A stretch of DNA of 64,000 bases from Antedon mediterranea (lineage: Eukaryota > Animalia > Echinodermata). Under the pieces are notes generated by a model. That model was not told the origin of the DNA. It searched no databases and saw nothing but the letters and a program-made list of their open reading frames with translations. The translations under genes were made by a program, and so were the position numbers. This document shows positions 60,473 to 64,000 of the stretch, in pieces (the first letter of the stretch is position 1; every line of letters starts with the position of its first letter). The stretch spans positions 11,155,812-11,219,811 of the forward strand of contig NC_092675.1 in assembly GCF_964355755.1 (NCBI RefSeq), given 5' to 3'.

Positions 60473-61333
60473 GGAACGCCTCCTCTGCCTTCAGTTCACA
60501 TTTTTCATGCACCAAACATCATGCAGTACACGCCAATCGTCATGCATTACACGCCAATGGTCATGCAGTACTGTACACACCAATCGTCATGCAGTACACA
60601 CCAATTGTCATGCAGTAATTATTATGCGCTGCTCTCACTGCATTTATTAGGTCCAATAAAAACATATCGGAAATTCGTTTTTTGTACACTATTTAAAAAG
60701 AACGAATAAATATATAAGAACATAATACATTACTTAAACATAACCAAATTATCTAGTAACTGTGTTGTTGAAAACTGTAATTGACTTAGGAATAAATGAT
60801 TTGGAATAACGAGTTGTTCGCACAACGGATTGAAGTCGGATTAATGATGGGGGAAAATTATATTCTTTGAAAAAGGGATGAGAAGGTTGTGATAGGATAC
60901 GCTTTACCATAGAGATCACAGTATTTTCATAGGTAGATGTCATCATCTATGGTCATTGCAGTAATCCTACACGTCCTTCTGTTTATTTTATTTAATAATG
61001 CATAATCTTTAGGAATTAAACTTATAGTAAGAATTGTGTTGTCGTCATGCAGTACACACCAATGGTCATGCAGTACACACTATTGGTCATGCAGTACACA
61101 CCAACCGTCGTGCAGTACACACCAATCGTCATGAAGTACACACCAATCGTCATGCAGTCAAATATTGCGTAATTTATACCGCCACCTATCGACAAAATTG
61201 AATATCACGTGACGTTTTATTAGACGGCTTTAGAACTAAGGCCATCGAATCTAAGATTTCTTTTATGCCTGACTGCATGACGATTGGTGTGTACTGCATG
61301 ATAAATGTGAACTGAAGGCAGAGGAGGCGTTCC
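60473..61333. mobile_element. TIR element (AT TSD, ISL2EU-like) with 20-bp GTCATGCAGTACACACCAAT repeats, interrupted by a Rex1-like LINE 3' fragment (about 60700-61030, minus)
   Basis: AT|GGAACGCCTCCTCTGCCTTCAGTTCACATTT ... AAATGTGAACTGAAGGCAGAGGAGGCGTTCC|AT; peptide ILSQPSHPFF.EY..PS..R...RTTRYSKSFIP.SI..FN. Confidence 0.65.
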
Positions 61334-61382
61334 ATAGATAACTGCCTCTCATTTGTACTATATTTTTTAGATAAATCGTGAA

Positions 61383-61588
61383 AATCAATATAGTGAGGCA
61401 TTTGATAAATAGGCAAACTGCCTTAAAATAACTTGACATGTTTCGAGAATCAGAACAGAAACCTACTGTCCTATTGGTATATAAGTACTCTAGACATTGT
61501 TTTCAGTTCTGATAATGAGAATAGTTTCTTGTGTTATTTTAAGGCAGTTTGCCTACTCTATTTATTAAATGTCTCACTATATTGATTA
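61383..61588. mobile_element. Small hairpin MITE
   Basis: AATCAATATAGTGAGGCATTT...GGCAAACTGCCTTAAAATAAC with its inverted copy ending CTCACTATATTGATT. Confidence 0.6.
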
Positions 61589-62329
61589 TAACTACTATTT
61601 TTATGTTAAAATTAAGTACAACCTGTATATTATTAATTAATATGTTGAAATAAACCTTTACTTGAATTAAATTCAAAGGGTAGCTTCGCTGTGTTTATTC
61701 CGTCAAAAACTGTCTCAAAAGCAACACAACAGATTTGCTCCATTGCTTGCATTATGTCAAATGTAGGATGTTTTCTTAAATTGTACATTTTATTGCAGCC
61801 TAACACAGAAGTTTAACCAATCACATTGCATAACAATTATAATAATTATTGGTTAATGTTTTATCGGATCAACAGTTAATTTTTGGTTGCAGAAACACAA
61901 CCTTACATTTGAGAATTGTTTATAATGCCTAGTATAGGCATTTAAAGTAGTATACAAATGAGACACTGTTATTAAACACAATAGTACATGGATTTACAGG
62001 CACTAGGGAGGAGTAAGGAATGTTTCACAAACAGGCTGTAAGATGGGAATGAAATGCAACTAGGAAGGTGGCAGTAGAGGAAGACGATATCCACCTACAT
62101 TGATGACCCTCATTGAGCTTGCCAACTAGCGTTAGGTACAATGGGGACTGGTAAGTAGGCTCAGACAACTTCCACCTTCTCAAGTTTGGGAAATGCCTTA
62201 GTGTGAAAAATTAATTATAAATTATTATATATTACTATTTTAAAGTTTATATAATAATTATACATACTCTACAGCTCAATATGTCGGTCGGTTGGATGGT
62301 CGGTCAGTCGTATGGTCGGTAAACACTAA

Positions 62330-63801
62330 TAGTCCGGTGGCAGGAGGGTGGGTATCTCCACCCGAAATGGGACAAATTGCCATCCAACTAGACCAAACAA
62401 CAATGTATTATGTATGTATTATAACAAATTTATTGAAGCAAAATTTGGTCTTTTGTTTTTACGACTAGATGCTACGCTTGCTTCACTCGCGTACTATCTA
62501 GGTCGTCCCCACAGATGGTTCTCGAATACACAGTAATTTTAGCGTAAAAAAAATGGCGATTTACAATGTACATACTGCAGGACTATAATAATACATTGTC
62601 GTTTACAGAAACAAATAAATAGACACGATGATTTATGTAGTCAACCAATTAGCACCCTGGGAATTACTTCTGAAAGAGAAACTTGTCAAAAATATTGTCC
62701 AAATATTTGATTTTTAAATAAACCCAATTTGTGTAGTATGTAATATTAGGGTTTCAATATATTCTTTATCCACTCAGTAACATATTATTGTTTTCAGGCC
62801 TAAAAATAATATATCACTAAATACAGTAAAACATTTGCAATTTAATACTTTGTTAAAACTGTCACTTTCATAGTCGATTGAAATAGTAAAGTACATGTAA
62901 CGATACACCACTACAACGTTTATATTAATACAAACGCTGAGAAGCAACTTAGTTTGTTTATAATCTAAGAGTAGGACCTACCCACACTCACAGTAATAAA
63001 GTTTATTTGTATATATGTTTTATATCTAACAGTACCAACACTCACAGTAAGAAATTTGCAATTCGAATGGCGACCAAACGTGATTATTATGTATTTACAG
63101 TATTGGATAGTATTGCAATACTATATCTTAAGGTTTTAAGTTTATTCTCTAAGGGCCTATAAATTTACCTCCATGGTTAAACCAAATAATATGGAATGTT
63201 CCATTCATCCCAATTGAATACATTTGTATAAACGTATATTAAATCTATACAAATAATAAGGAAATCGGCCTGTCTTCAACATTATGATGCTGTACTCGAG
63301 CTGTTCAACCGGTTTTCAGCTATTAAAAACAATTATCGTAGGAGGAGATAGGAAAATGCAAAGCATCCTTGTATTATTGTGTGCGGGTATTTTTCAAGAT
63401 GGACATCCATTAGACAGTGTATACCACGATCGGAAAACACCCCTATTTGGGGCAAATCGTTGAACCTAAATTTCGTTTTGTTTGTCAATAACTAATTATC
63501 TAACTCAATTTAACTAGTAAACAGAGTTAAATCAGGTGGTTAAAATCAGTACCGAAAGTACGAATCAACTTTATATACCATCGAGTAAGGCGCGATTTAC
63601 CGAATTTTTCCCTTACGTAAATTTATATATAGATACATAATACATTATTGTAATTGGTCAATTTTGAACTTTGACCCTTATATCCCGAAAACGCTTCCTA
63701 TCCTTCCATGTTCGTAATCTACGGAAAATTCTGGTCTAGGAAGTTTGGATGGCAATTTGTCCCCTTTCGGGTGGTGATTCCCCCCTCCTGCCACCGGACT
63801 A
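62330..63801. mobile_element. Academ-like element (same family as 16534-19606) containing a Helitron
   Basis: TAA|TAGTCCGGTGGCAGGAG ... CTCCTGCCACCGGACTA|TAA. Confidence 0.8.
62465..63633 (-). mobile_element. Complete non-autonomous Helitron
   Basis: Minus strand A|TCTATATATAAA ... terminal hairpin ... CTAG|T; no TSD. Confidence 0.75.
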
Positions 63802-64000
63802 TAACTCAAATTTGAGCACAGTACGGCAGCCATGTATATGGCCTTTCTTGTTTAAAATAAAGTCGAGTTTTTGTATTTTAACTCATGGTTAGTGACAAAA
63901 TAAATAATTTCTTGGTAAATTTTGCATACAAGGATCACATAAGAATATGTTCTCGCATTGATAAGAGGCTAGTGGAGCAGTCTGAATAGGAGGTGAATTA

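Overview
This is AT-rich, repeat-dense animal genomic DNA; the repeat content suggests a marine invertebrate, possibly an echinoderm (inference). Two conserved intron-containing genes sit head-to-head about 0.5 kb apart. HSD17B4 (minus strand) has its first three coding exons here and runs off the left edge. POLR3C/RPC62 (plus strand) is complete: 10 coding exons, 23210-57954, 528 aa by my splice model, with a probable U12-type intron at 51946-52189. Most of the remaining sequence is transposon-derived. The main structure is POLR3C intron 1 (19.6 kb), a nested stack of insertions: a MITE contains a Helitron, which contains a Sola2-like transposon, which contains a Gypsy element with a CTAG target duplication, which contains a near-intact, GC-rich DIRS1-type tyrosine-recombinase retrotransposon (29436-34909). 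That DIRS has non-identical inverted termini, an internal complementary region that spells out its circle junction, gag, RT/RNaseH/methyltransferase-like and about 2 kb of overlapping recombinase frame. I cannot show a wholly new biological system from sequence alone. The best leads are the DIRS mechanistic details, the minor intron, the bidirectional promoter and several apparently unnamed non-autonomous DNA-transposon families. All coordinates were read by hand; no searches were run.
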